A stretch of DNA of 51,514 nt from an uncultured Gammaproteobacteria bacterium (lineage in GTDB: Bacteria > Patescibacteriota > Microgenomatia > UBA1406 > GWC2-37-13): contig CAZPYR010000001.1 in assembly GCA_964590815.1 (NCBI GenBank), positions 1 to 51,514 on the forward strand, given 5' to 3'. Under the pieces are notes generated by a model. The model searched no databases. It was given only the letters and a program-made list of their open reading frames with translations, and had not been told where the DNA came from. Shown here one piece after another: positions 26,519 through 36,512 of the stretch. Position 1 is the first letter of the stretch, and every line of letters starts with the position of its first letter. A program made the translations under genes and the position numbers.

Positions 26519-26920
26519 TTACTTTTTTATAAAATTCAAAGCCAACGAATTTATACAGTAGCGTTGTCCTGTTTTATCCGTTGGGCCATCGGGGAAGACA
26601 TGTCCAAGATGTGCACCACATGTTTTACAGGTTACTTCAGTTCTATTCATGCCATAGCCAGTATCTTCATGAAGTTCAACCGCATCACTGTTTGCAACAT
26701 CATAAAAACTTGGCCAACCAGAGTCAGAATCAAATTTGGTATCTGATGTAAAGAGGGTGGCTCCACAGTTGGAGCACGTATACAATCCAGTTTCTTTATT
26801 ATGCAAAAGTTTGCCACTCCCTGGAGGTTCGGTGCCTTTTTCCCGAGTTACATGATAGACCTCGGGTGTGAGCTTTTTCTTCCATTCATCAACTGTTTTG
26901 TATTTTTTTTGAGTAGTCAT
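26519..26920 (-). CDS. msrB: Peptide methionine (R)-sulfoxide reductase
   Basis: Two CxxC pairs (CSNCG and CKTCG), GWPSF and the catalytic RYCINS. Confidence 0.95.
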   Translation of the reverse strand: MTTQKKYKTVDEWKKKLTPEVYHVTREKGTEPPGSGKLLHNKETGLYTCSNCGATLFTSDTKFDSDSGWPSFYDVANSDAVELHEDTGYGMNRTEVTCKTCGAHLGHVFPDGPTDKTGQRYCINSLALNFIKK

Positions 26921-27228
26921 ATGGTATTTACTTATTTATTATTTGGTTCTGTTACTCGTCTCTCAAATTCGGCTGATTCCCTCCAGAAATCTTCCATAAC
27001 CTGTGTTGTATCAGTCCCAGGAGGAAAATTTTGTAGTTGGGTCATTCTTGTATCTAAGAACTGCTACAACAATGTTACCGCAGATGGATCAAGATTGTAA
27101 CGTTCTGCCAGCTCACCCAATGTGTCTTTCTGAAATTTTAAATGCGCTACTAAGTCTGGAAAAGGGCCTGTTGAAATTTCATGAGTCATAGTAACAATAC
27201 TATACTATATACAATTTAATACTAGATT

Positions 27229-27468
27229 CTAGTAAGGAATAGGATCGAGGCCACCTTTAGTCCACGGATTGCAGCGTAGTATCCGTTTGAACCCCAGATA
27301 GCTACCTTTAATACTGCCATGTTTTTCAATTGCTTGATACATATAATCTGAACAGGTAGGCGTGAATCGGCAAAGTTCGGTCGTCATAAGTAGTGTTTTG
27401 AAGAAAGGAATATATATAAAAGAAGTTTTTTTATAGAAACGAATGAGTAGCAATAGGATGTTTTTCAT
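27229..27468 (-). CDS. yidD: Membrane protein insertion efficiency factor YidD
   Basis: [19 protein letters not shown]...RILRCNPW. Confidence 0.9.
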   Translation of the reverse strand: MKNILLLLIRFYKKTSFIYIPFFKTLLMTTELCRFTPTCSDYMYQAIEKHGSIKGSYLGFKRILRCNPWTKGGLDPIPY

Positions 27469-27529
27469 TGATATATTATACTCGTCCTTTTATAACGCTG
27501 TCTGATTGTGAATTTAGTACAATAAGGGT

Positions 27530-28315
27530 ATGAAAATAAGTATTATTACCTTATTCCCAGATATGATACAAGGATTTACGAATCAAAGTATCATCAAACG
27601 CGCTTTAGAAAAAGAAGCTGTTGAAATTGAAATAGTCAATTTGCGAGATTTTGCCATAGATTCCTATGGTACGGTCGATGAACGTCCATATGGTGGAGGG
27701 GCTGGCATGGTGCTCCGAGTCGATGTAGTAAAAAAAGCATTAGATAGTGTAATATTCAAAAACACTTCAGCTTATTTTCAGAAAGACAGTATAAAAACAT
27801 TATTAACTTCTGCAAAAGGGAAGCCATATAATCAGAGAAAAGCAGAAGAGTTTGCAAAGCTTAAGCATATAGTCATCCTAGCTGGTCATTATGAAGGATT
27901 TGATGAACGTATACTTGAGCATATAGATGAGGAAGTGTCACTGGGAGATTTTGTGATGACAGGAGGAGAAATTGCCGCCGCCGCCATAATGGATTCTATT
28001 GTTCGTTTGTTGCCGGGAGTCCTTAAAAAAAATGAGGCAACTGAGCAGGAAAGTTTTTTTGAATTACCGATAGAGCTCGTTATAGATGCAGTTGGGGAAA
28101 CGCAAATTTTGCAGGACTTAAAAAAAAGAGGTGTCACGAGGATACAGCTATTAGAATATCCTCATTATACGCGGCCATCAGAATTTGGAAATCAGAAGGT
28201 TCCAGATGTCCTTATGGAAGGTAATCATGCGGCAATCGAGAAGTGGCGAGTCCGCGAAGCATATAGAGAAACTTGTGAAAAACGATATGATCTTCTTGAC
28301 AAACAGATCGAGTAA
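27530..28315 (+). CDS. trmD: tRNA (guanine37-N1)-methyltransferase
   Basis: IITLFPDM, DERPYGGGAGMVL, GHYEGFDERI, GDFVMTGGEIAA and PHYTRP. A ~27-aa insertion precedes PHYTRP. Confidence 0.9.
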   Translation: MKISIITLFPDMIQGFTNQSIIKRALEKEAVEIEIVNLRDFAIDSYGTVDERPYGGGAGMVLRVDVVKKALDSVIFKNTSAYFQKDSIKTLLTSAKGKPYNQRKAEEFAKLKHIVILAGHYEGFDERILEHIDEEVSLGDFVMTGGEIAAAAIMDSIVRLLPGVLKKNEATEQESFFELPIELVIDAVGETQILQDLKKRGVTRIQLLEYPHYTRPSEFGNQKVPDVLMEGNHAAIEKWRVREAYRETCEKRYDLLDKQIE

Positions 28316-29025
28316 TGCAAGAATTTACACACAAACTCATTATGATAACCCTTACTCAAGTCACAAAACGATACTTAACAAAAACTGCAGTTGACAATAT
28401 AAGTCTCACTACAAAGAAAGGCGAAATTATAGGATTTCTTGGACCAAATGGCGCCGGCAAAACGACCACAATGAAGCTTATTTTGGGCTTGCTGAAGCCT
28501 ACATCAGGAGAAATAACAGTAAACAATTTGGATCCTGTACGTCAACGATTAAATGTTGTAAGTAGCATAGGCTATTTGCCTGAGAACAATCCATTATATG
28601 GTGAAATGAAAGTTCGAGAGTATCTTGAATTTATAGCTTCAGCAAAGAATGTACACAAAGATGAAATTGTTAAAGTCATTGGAGAGGCGAGTCTTTCGGA
28701 TGCAGAGTTTACAAAAATAGAGGATTTATCGCGAGGTTATAAGCAACGAGTTGGGATGGCGGCAGCACTAATGGGAAATCCTGAGATACTAATACTCGAT
28801 GAGCCAACATCAGGATTAGATCCAATAGAACAAGATAAAATCAAAGAACTTATTTTGAAAATTTCAGAAGAAAAAATCGTTATTTTTTCTACACATATAC
28901 TTTCAGAAGTTGAAGCAGTAGCAAATAGATTAGTGATTATAAATGCTGGAAAAATAGTTTATGACGGCTCTAAACCTAAAGGCAGTGGAGCTGTGGAAAA
29001 ACTTTTTAAGAAATTGTTGAGCTAA
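28315..29025 (+). CDS. ABC transporter ATP-binding protein (GldA-like)
   Basis: GPNGAGKTT, LSRGYKQRV and LILDEPTSGLD. The ATG overlaps the trmD stop (TAATG). The alternative start at 28342 (MITLTQV) is also possible. Confidence 0.9.
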   Translation: MQEFTHKLIMITLTQVTKRYLTKTAVDNISLTTKKGEIIGFLGPNGAGKTTTMKLILGLLKPTSGEITVNNLDPVRQRLNVVSSIGYLPENNPLYGEMKVREYLEFIASAKNVHKDEIVKVIGEASLSDAEFTKIEDLSRGYKQRVGMAAALMGNPEILILDEPTSGLDPIEQDKIKELILKISEEKIVIFSTHILSEVEAVANRLVIINAGKIVYDGSKPKGSGAVEKLFKKLLS

Positions 29026-29029
29026 CTAT

Positions 29030-29746
29030 ATGAAAGGACTTTTTCGTAAAGAATTGTTATTTTATCTAAATAATCCAATTGGATATATTACGATTATTTT
29101 ATTTGCTGTTTTTGCAAATTTTTTGTTTGTTAAAGATATCTTTACAGTAGGTGTCGCTTCAATGAGACAGTTTTTTGATATGCTTCCTTGGCTTCTCATG
29201 ATTTTTATACCAGCAGTTGCCATGCGTACTTTTTCTGAGGAAAAAAAGAATAACACTATTGACATACTCTTAAGTTTGCCAATTTCAGAGATGCAAATAG
29301 TACTGGCTAAGTTTTTTGCGATTTTAGTTGTAGTTGCTATAGGGTTGTTACTGACTTTGGGGCTTCCTATGAGTTTGTATGCGCTTACGCAGGAATTCGG
29401 ATCAAATCTGTATTTGCCCGAGATTTTCGTTGGCTATCTAGGTGTAATTTTGATGTCTGCGGTATTCTCGGCTATCTCACTTTTCTATTCAACGCAGACA
29501 AAAAATCAGGTAATCGCATTCTTGTTTTCTTCAATTACTCTTTTCTTTCTCATTGTTTTTTCTAGTGATTTTGTAGCAGGACTTATACCTTCAATTGCGC
29601 AAGAATTTCTCAATTATTTGAGTCCTGCGACACATATGCGAAGTTTTATAAAGGGTGTTATAGATGTTCGATCTGTTTATTATTTCTTGAGCTTGACAGC
29701 GATTTTTTTGTTCTTAACAGTGGTTGATGTAGAAAAAAGAAAATAA
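29030..29746 (+). CDS. ABC-2 type permease (GldF-like)
   Basis: Six TM segments. It lies directly between the ATPase gene and the GldG-like gene. Confidence 0.75.
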   Translation: MKGLFRKELLFYLNNPIGYITIILFAVFANFLFVKDIFTVGVASMRQFFDMLPWLLMIFIPAVAMRTFSEEKKNNTIDILLSLPISEMQIVLAKFFAILVVVAIGLLLTLGLPMSLYALTQEFGSNLYLPEIFVGYLGVILMSAVFSAISLFYSTQTKNQVIAFLFSSITLFFLIVFSSDFVAGLIPSIAQEFLNYLSPATHMRSFIKGVIDVRSVYYFLSLTAIFLFLTVVDVEKRK

Positions 29747-29755
29747 GACTAAAAA

Positions 29756-31348
29756 TTGTCTCATTCTGAATGTATGAAAAATATTGCAAGTAGGATTAAA
29801 AACTTTAATTTTGTAAAGACCTTTAAACTTGATAGGTTTACTATGCCGGTAATTATTACGGCTGCAATAGCAATATTTTTAATGTCAAATTATTTGCTTT
29901 CCCAGTTTTCATTAAGACTGGATTTGTCTCAAGGGCAAGCGTATACACTAAGCACAGCCACAAAAAATACACTGAATAAACTGGACAAAAACGCAACTAT
30001 AACTTTTTTTGTATCTTCAGATATCCCTGCCATGCTACAACCTCTTAAGCGTGAAGTATTAGATTTACTACAGGAGTACGATAAAAGTAGCGGAAAAATA
30101 CAACTGAAAGTACTCGACCCTAAAACAGATGAGAACGCTAAAAAACAAGCCGATGAAGCAGGTATTCAGCCGTTACCATTTCAACAACTTCAGCAAAATC
30201 AATATCAAGTCACCAATGCGTATTTTGGTGTTTTAATTGAATATAACAATCAAAAGGAAGCTTTACCACAAGTTACTGAAGTTGAAACTTTAGAATATAA
30301 TATCACCACTGCGCTTTATAAGCTTTCGCGAAAGGAACTGCCACGTATTGCTATCATGGGTTATGAAGAATCATTTATGCCAGGGGGTGACCAAGTAAGT
30401 CTATTGCGACAGGTACTTAGTAGACAATTTACTGTAGAAAGTATTACTTTGCCTCCGCCCGCAGGTACTGATGCAGAACCCACCCCTACCCCTGAAAAGC
30501 CTTTTGCTATTGATCAAAAATACAATGCAGTGTTGCTTTCTGTCCAACCTGGACGTACTTTTGACGATGCAGAAATAGCTGCCTTAAAGACATACTTAAA
30601 TAATAAAGGGAAAGTCATTGTCCTTATGAATGGGGTTGGAGTAGAGGAACAGCTTACTACTACCGAGGCTCCAGCAAAATTGTTGGTGTTACTTAAAGAA
30701 TATGGCTTAAATGTACAGAAGAATTTAGTACTGTCTACAGCTTCCGAACTTGTAAATCTTGGCCAGCAAGGTCAATCATTACTTTTTTCTTATCCTTTTT
30801 GGATTTTGTCCAACCAATTTGCTAAAGATTCTTCTTATTTTTCCGGAGTGGGCATGGTTTCCTACCCGTGGGCTTCTTCAGTAACTGTTGAAAAAAAGAA
30901 GGGATATCAGGCAAAAGAACTCATATTTAGTTCACGAGAATCTTGGACGCAACAAGGTTCGTTTATATTAGACCCTCAGCAAATTCCACAGCCAAAGCAA
31001 TCTGATATAAAACCATTTCTCATTGCAGCTGAAAGTAAAAAGGAAAATGGAGGAGCTGTGCTCTTTATTGGTTCATCGCGGTTTATAGAAGATAGATATT
31101 TGTCACCTCGTTCTCAAAATTTAGGTTTTGTTTTGAATGTGTTAAACGATTACGCATCGGCTGGCGCACTCAGCGGTATACGTTCAAGAGCATTGTCTTT
31201 ATTCCCATTACCTGACCTTCCCAAGCAGATGCAAACAGTGTATCAATATATGAATATCATATTACTCCCTGCTATATTTGCTATTTATGGAGTCGTGCGT
31301 TTGTACAAACGCAATAAAGCATCTCGCATGGGGTCAAATGCAAATTGA
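29756..31348 (+). CDS. GldG-like ABC transporter auxiliary protein
   Basis: N- and C-terminal TM anchors flank a large external domain, as in GldG. Position 29756 is a TTG, and the ATG at 29774 is the likelier start. Confidence 0.65.
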   Translation: MSHSECMKNIASRIKNFNFVKTFKLDRFTMPVIITAAIAIFLMSNYLLSQFSLRLDLSQGQAYTLSTATKNTLNKLDKNATITFFVSSDIPAMLQPLKREVLDLLQEYDKSSGKIQLKVLDPKTDENAKKQADEAGIQPLPFQQLQQNQYQVTNAYFGVLIEYNNQKEALPQVTEVETLEYNITTALYKLSRKELPRIAIMGYEESFMPGGDQVSLLRQVLSRQFTVESITLPPPAGTDAEPTPTPEKPFAIDQKYNAVLLSVQPGRTFDDAEIAALKTYLNNKGKVIVLMNGVGVEEQLTTTEAPAKLLVLLKEYGLNVQKNLVLSTASELVNLGQQGQSLLFSYPFWILSNQFAKDSSYFSGVGMVSYPWASSVTVEKKKGYQAKELIFSSRESWTQQGSFILDPQQIPQPKQSDIKPFLIAAESKKENGGAVLFIGSSRFIEDRYLSPRSQNLGFVLNVLNDYASAGALSGIRSRALSLFPLPDLPKQMQTVYQYMNIILLPAIFAIYGVVRLYKRNKASRMGSNAN

Positions 31349-31803
31349 TCAAAGGGAAGACAAGCTTCGTCAAAGAATTCATAGCATTCCGCATCATCTG
31401 ATGCTTTCAAATCTTTCGAATTTATCATCCGAGCCTCAAAAAGAAAACAAATAGTATACGCTTTTATCCCTCCAAATTCATAGGTATCATAAAAAGAGCA
31501 TACATAGCGTATATCTGAAATACGAATATTGAGCTCTTCGCTTATTTCTCGATGTACTGATTCTTCCACTGTTTCGTTAATATTGATAAATCCACCCGGC
31601 AAATCCCAGAGACCTTTTTGAGGATCATGCTTTCTTTTAACAAGTAGTAGTTCTTCTTTTTTATTGCGAAGCATGACTGCATTGGTGGGACGAGGGTTTA
31701 TATAATATTCGAGTTTACAGTTTGTGCAAATCAGATGATTATCTGCACGATCAAAGTTGGATCCGCAATGCGGACAGTAAATAAATTCAAATTCAGTTAG
31801 CAT
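31285..31803 (-). CDS. NUDIX hydrolase with N-terminal zinc ribbon
   Basis: CPHCGS...CTNC followed by the Nudix box GGFININETVEESVHREISEELNI. Confidence 0.9.
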   Translation of the reverse strand: MLTEFEFIYCPHCGSNFDRADNHLICTNCKLEYYINPRPTNAVMLRNKKEELLLVKRKHDPQKGLWDLPGGFININETVEESVHREISEELNIRISDIRYVCSFYDTYEFGGIKAYTICFLFEARMINSKDLKASDDAECYEFFDEACLPFDQFAFDPMRDALLRLYKRTTP

Positions 31804-31858
31804 GAAGATTATTATAGATCATTAATATAAGTAAGAAGGGTATGATGTGAGAAAGAAA

Positions 31859-34483
31859 TTATCGATTCTGTTTTTTTGTATTATTGATTGTTTTTATTTT
31901 TTGTTGAAGTGACTGTCTCAATTTTCTTAGTTTAGCTTCTTCGGCTGGGTCATTACATTCTATAATTCGAAAATCAAATTCACGTAGGGTATCTTCTGAA
32001 GTTGCGAGAATAATTTCAAGTATATTTTGTCTACTTGTGGTTCTATGTATAGCGCGCCAATCTATACCTTGAACTGAATTATTACTTATTATATTATCGA
32101 TAACACTAAGTAAACTATTTGGATTAGTGAAATGTTCTAAAAATGACTGATGATCTAGTAAATTTAAACAATCTTTATAGTAATTAGCACTAGTGCGAAT
32201 ATAGTCTTGGCCATAATCACCCCGTTCTACACGAATAAAATTACTCACGCTGTGTCCCGTTACACCCATTAAAAATTCTTCATATGTGTCAAGCATCTCT
32301 CTTTTGCTTTCCATAGGGATAGCTGCAGTTTTAGTAAATGATTTTAAAAATCCTACGATATATATAATCTCATAACTTAATTGTGCAGATGTTGTATATA
32401 TACCACTATTGAGCAAAAGTGTTTTGAAAGGTTCAAGCATTTCTTCACTTAAATCAGGTGCTTCTCGTGTCAAAGCTACTATTGTTGAATACAATGTGCT
32501 GTAGGGAAAATCAGTTTCTACATAACGATTAGGATCTTTAATTTTATCAGTATCAATTTCAGTAAGACGCAAAACCTTTGCTGGCTCATTAAGCAAATGA
32601 TTCATGAGTGTCGTAACTGCATATTGCCTAACCGTTGCAATATTTACAAGTGCTTGATCCAATATTGCAATGGTTGAATTGCCTTCACTGTCCTCAGGAC
32701 GAAGTGTCTGCCTTAAATTGTCTATCCACATTCGTCCTTGGAACAACGCATCTGTTTGTGCTGCTACAACTGTCTGTAATTCAAATGCTGCTGCAGGATT
32801 TGTCAAAGCCTGCTGTGCTAATACATCTGTTGCTTGATTAATAATAGCGACATATCCATCCCCAACTTCACGATTAGTAGGATCATTATGTGCTGCAGTT
32901 AAAATAGTAGTTAGAAATTTTCCCCAGGGATTATTTCCATTTATTCCTTCCATACTATTTATGGAAAGATCTAAGATTGGAGCTTGTTGACGACCCTCAT
33001 TGGTCAAAAGTTGCTTTTTGTAATGTTCCATAAAAAAAGGTCTAGCATATGCTTGTAAAGTATTTTGTCTCCAATAGTTTTTGATCAGATGTGCTGCTGT
33101 ACCATTTCCATTATAGTTATTTCCTGCTTCTTGATTATAAAGATTATCTGTATGCCTTTTAGTTTCCATGGCATTATTAAATTTGGGATCAGTTGTAAAC
33201 GCACATTGAACGTCTTGGCTCATGGGGAAGGCGAGAGCAAGTGCAGTGTAGGGAGCCATTTTGTTTGATTTAGTTGCTATGTCTCTTATAGATGTATTTA
33301 TTTTCTCAACCAACTGTTTTTTATGATGTGTAAGGCGAGTTCCTTCACCTTCTGTTTCAATAAGTGCAATATTAGTCATAATTTTTTTTATAGCTGCAAG
33401 TCGAGGATTTCCTATTTCCTTTATTAAGGATGGAAGATGTTGAATTTGTTCTGGTCCAATAAGAGGAAGATGGCTTGCAGGTAATTCGCCTTTTTGACTA
33501 TATACATTTAAATTTCTTTCTATTTCCAGTGCTCTGCCCATGATGAGGATTTGCCATAATGGTTTTAATTGACTATTCTCATCTAAAATCATCTCATTTA
33601 TAAATTTTTTTCTATCCTTTGGTTCCAAATGTGATAGGGACTTTTTACCTTGAATAACAGGGTCCTGCTGAAGGTATGGAGGTAATTGATAAATTGATGC
33701 AGCCGCACGATCAAGTGTCTGTAACTCTTGCTTTCCTATAGATTTATTTAAAATTCTTCGAGATTGTAAATCATACAAAGATGGTAGTAGAGGCATCATG
33801 GTAGCATGTTCTTGAATAAGAGCAGGAAGAACTTCCATTTTTCTTCCATGCAGAGTGTTCACAGCATGCCAGTGCTTTATGCCTGTAGCAATTACCCCTA
33901 AAGCGCCAGCGGCAGCTAAAGCACTACCTGATTCTGGATAAGAAGAAGAGGTGAGACTGCCAGTAAGCATAACAGAACCACTAGCTATACCCGATTTTAT
34001 AAACATATCTATAAGTTGATCTTTACCCATTCCCTCAATACTGTGTAATCCTTCTCCTCTCAGTACATCAAACAATATGTTAGGACTTACCCCTTGCTCC
34101 TCAAATATTTTGCGGAGTGAGGTAACACTTTGTGCTGTAGCTAAAGACCTTACTTCTCCAATTTGGCTTAGATCGGCTGACTGTCCAATAGTATAGCGAT
34201 TATAACGTTTAGTAATCGGTGTTACCACAGCCACAGGATATATAGCTTGTAGTATTTCCTCAGTTACTTCGGGAGTGTTTGCAAATATTGAAATTCCCGC
34301 GGCAGTAATCCCCATATTAAGAGCTTTTCCAGCAGGACTGTTCATAAGCGCAATAACTGTATCTAACTGTCTAGATTCGGGTCCTTCAAAAAACTCTAAA
34401 GCTCTTTCTTTTATACGACCTACCCCTCCATAATATGGATCGCCAGAGAATAACTGTGCTGTGATTTCGGGAAGTCGACTCAT
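31859..34483 (-). CDS. Hypothetical protein, 874 aa, predicted mostly helical, no recognisable domain
   Basis: A long ORF with a -10-like TATAAT 8 nt upstream of its ATG. Gly/Ala-rich hydrophobic stretches lie in the first ~200 aa (NMGITAAGISIFA and SGIASGSVMLTGSL...SALAAAGALGVIATGI). Confidence 0.6.
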   Translation of the reverse strand: MSRLPEITAQLFSGDPYYGGVGRIKERALEFFEGPESRQLDTVIALMNSPAGKALNMGITAAGISIFANTPEVTEEILQAIYPVAVVTPITKRYNRYTIGQSADLSQIGEVRSLATAQSVTSLRKIFEEQGVSPNILFDVLRGEGLHSIEGMGKDQLIDMFIKSGIASGSVMLTGSLTSSSYPESGSALAAAGALGVIATGIKHWHAVNTLHGRKMEVLPALIQEHATMMPLLPSLYDLQSRRILNKSIGKQELQTLDRAAASIYQLPPYLQQDPVIQGKKSLSHLEPKDRKKFINEMILDENSQLKPLWQILIMGRALEIERNLNVYSQKGELPASHLPLIGPEQIQHLPSLIKEIGNPRLAAIKKIMTNIALIETEGEGTRLTHHKKQLVEKINTSIRDIATKSNKMAPYTALALAFPMSQDVQCAFTTDPKFNNAMETKRHTDNLYNQEAGNNYNGNGTAAHLIKNYWRQNTLQAYARPFFMEHYKKQLLTNEGRQQAPILDLSINSMEGINGNNPWGKFLTTILTAAHNDPTNREVGDGYVAIINQATDVLAQQALTNPAAAFELQTVVAAQTDALFQGRMWIDNLRQTLRPEDSEGNSTIAILDQALVNIATVRQYAVTTLMNHLLNEPAKVLRLTEIDTDKIKDPNRYVETDFPYSTLYSTIVALTREAPDLSEEMLEPFKTLLLNSGIYTTSAQLSYEIIYIVGFLKSFTKTAAIPMESKREMLDTYEEFLMGVTGHSVSNFIRVERGDYGQDYIRTSANYYKDCLNLLDHQSFLEHFTNPNSLLSVIDNIISNNSVQGIDWRAIHRTTSRQNILEIILATSEDTLREFDFRIIECNDPAEEAKLRKLRQSLQQKIKTINNTKKQNR

Positions 34484-34581
34484 AAGGGTATATTATATCA
34501 CAAAAGCATCGTATAACAATATGCTATAAGATAGTTTTTATGTGTTAGAAGCTATTGAAAAAATATAGTATAATGTGCTTC

Positions 34582-35982
34582 ATGATACGCACCCGTATAG
34601 CACCTTCGCCAACAGGACAAGATATACATATAGGTAATCTATATACGGCTTATATCAACTGGGCATTTGCTAAAAAAAATAATGGTAAATTTATCATCCG
34701 CATTGAGGATACAGATCGCACTCGCTATGTAGAAGGAGCGGAAGAGAAAATACTTTCAACATTACAGGCTTATGGCCTTACTCATGATGAAAGTGTAGAT
34801 ATCGGTGGTGCATTTGCCCCTTATAGACAATCTGAAAGATTGCCTATTTACAAAAAATATGCAAATCAACTGATTGAGTCCGGACATGCCTACTATTGTA
34901 TTTGTTCACCAGAAAGACTTTCAGAAGTACGCAAGCAAATGACAGATAAAAAACAGATTCCTCGTTATGACAAGTACTGCCTAGATAAGCAAAATGAAGT
35001 AAAAAAGAAAATAGAAGCAGGGGAGAAGTGGGTCGTACGTTTAAATGTACCTGAAAATACTGATGTTATCTTTGAAGATATCATTCGTGGGGAAATAAAG
35101 ATTAATACGAGTAATATTGATGATCAGGTACTCCTGAAATCTGACGGATTCCCGACGTATCATATGGCTGTGGTCATAGATGATCATCTTATGGAAATAA
35201 GCCATATCATCCGGGCAGAAGAATGGATATCCTCAACTCCCAAGCATGTTCTCTTATACCAAGCATTCGGATGGGATTTACCTCTGTTTGCTCATCTACC
35301 AATCCTTCGAAATCCAGATAAATCTAAACTCTCAAAGCGTAAAAATCCAGTGTGGGCCTCATGGTACTTGGAGCAGGGATATTTACCTGAGGCGATTCTC
35401 AACTATTTAGCTTTGATGGGCTGGTCACATCCAGATGAAAAAGATATCTTTGATAAAGAAGAATTTATAAGCGTATTTAGTCTTGAGAGAGTGTCTCCTG
35501 TCGGACCTGCTTTTGACCCTAAAAAGCTCGAGTGGGTAAATGGACAGTACATCATGAAGCTCTCAGATGATGAACTGGCTGCAAAATTACAAACTTTTTA
35601 TCATGAGAAACAGTTATCGGAAACTATTGTCAGGAAATCAGCACCTCTTGTTAAGGAGAGAATTAAAATACTGTCTGATTACTGGCCTTTGTCATCTTTC
35701 CTTTTCGAAAAGCCTCAACAATACGAAGTAGATTTGTCACAAGATAGGGAAAAATTAAATGTAGTTATAAGTGTTTTAGAAGAGGTAAAAGACTGGGAAG
35801 CCACTCATTTGGGAGAAGCATTGCTTCAGGTAGCAAAAGACAATAATATACCAAATAGTAAATTTTTTATGATGCTTCGTGTTGCGATATCGGGTAAAAA
35901 AATTTCTCCACCCTTAAATGAATCAATGGAAATTTTAGGAAAAGAGGAATGTGTCTCTAGAATAAAGATGATTATAGGTTAA
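34582..35982 (+). CDS. gltX: Glutamyl-tRNA synthetase
   Basis: RIAPSPTGQDIHIGN (HIGH region), RIEDTD and KLSKRK (KMSKS). The start is moved to ATG 34582, because 34555 is a TTG inside the promoter region. Confidence 0.9.
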   Translation: MIRTRIAPSPTGQDIHIGNLYTAYINWAFAKKNNGKFIIRIEDTDRTRYVEGAEEKILSTLQAYGLTHDESVDIGGAFAPYRQSERLPIYKKYANQLIESGHAYYCICSPERLSEVRKQMTDKKQIPRYDKYCLDKQNEVKKKIEAGEKWVVRLNVPENTDVIFEDIIRGEIKINTSNIDDQVLLKSDGFPTYHMAVVIDDHLMEISHIIRAEEWISSTPKHVLLYQAFGWDLPLFAHLPILRNPDKSKLSKRKNPVWASWYLEQGYLPEAILNYLALMGWSHPDEKDIFDKEEFISVFSLERVSPVGPAFDPKKLEWVNGQYIMKLSDDELAAKLQTFYHEKQLSETIVRKSAPLVKERIKILSDYWPLSSFLFEKPQQYEVDLSQDREKLNVVISVLEEVKDWEATHLGEALLQVAKDNNIPNSKFFMMLRVAISGKKISPPLNESMEILGKEECVSRIKMIIG

Positions 35983-36512
35983 GCTATTCTTTGTTGTTGC
36001 AGTTTTTCTAATTCTTTAAGCCTTGCAACCTGAGGTTTTGTAGGCCGTATAAATGGTCGCACCGATTTGACCAGACTAAAGGCATCTTCGTAGAGCAATC
36101 CTGTACTCATGAGATAAGCTATGGCCATACTAGGTCCACGACCTTCACCTAAATGGCAATGTACATATACTTTGCCACCGGCATCAAGTTCTTTTTGAAT
36201 AAACAAAATACCTTTTTGTAAATTTTCTAAAGAAGGAGCACTGAGATCCCTGGTTGATAGATGTAACTTTTTTATACCTTCAAATCCTTCTAATTCTTTA
36301 ATAGAGCGTTCTCTCATGCTTACAATCCCTGTAATCCCAATATTTTGTATATTTTTTAAAGCGTGTGAATAGTATTGTCCGCCTAGATAAAGTTGAGGTG
36401 TAATTTCACTGTATTTCAATAAAGGTAAGCCAGTATAGCGTCTATAAATATGATCACAGGCACGAAGAAAGTGAACTTTAAAAACTTGAATGAGGCTTGT
36501 AATTTTATACAT
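35979..36512 (-). CDS. Dual-specificity (Cys-based) protein phosphatase
   Basis: The CX5R P-loop VHCHLGEGRGPS, with an upstream Asp in the segment STRDLSAP. Confidence 0.8.
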   Translation of the reverse strand: MYKITSLIQVFKVHFLRACDHIYRRYTGLPLLKYSEITPQLYLGGQYYSHALKNIQNIGITGIVSMRERSIKELEGFEGIKKLHLSTRDLSAPSLENLQKGILFIQKELDAGGKVYVHCHLGEGRGPSMAIAYLMSTGLLYEDAFSLVKSVRPFIRPTKPQVARLKELEKLQQQRIA

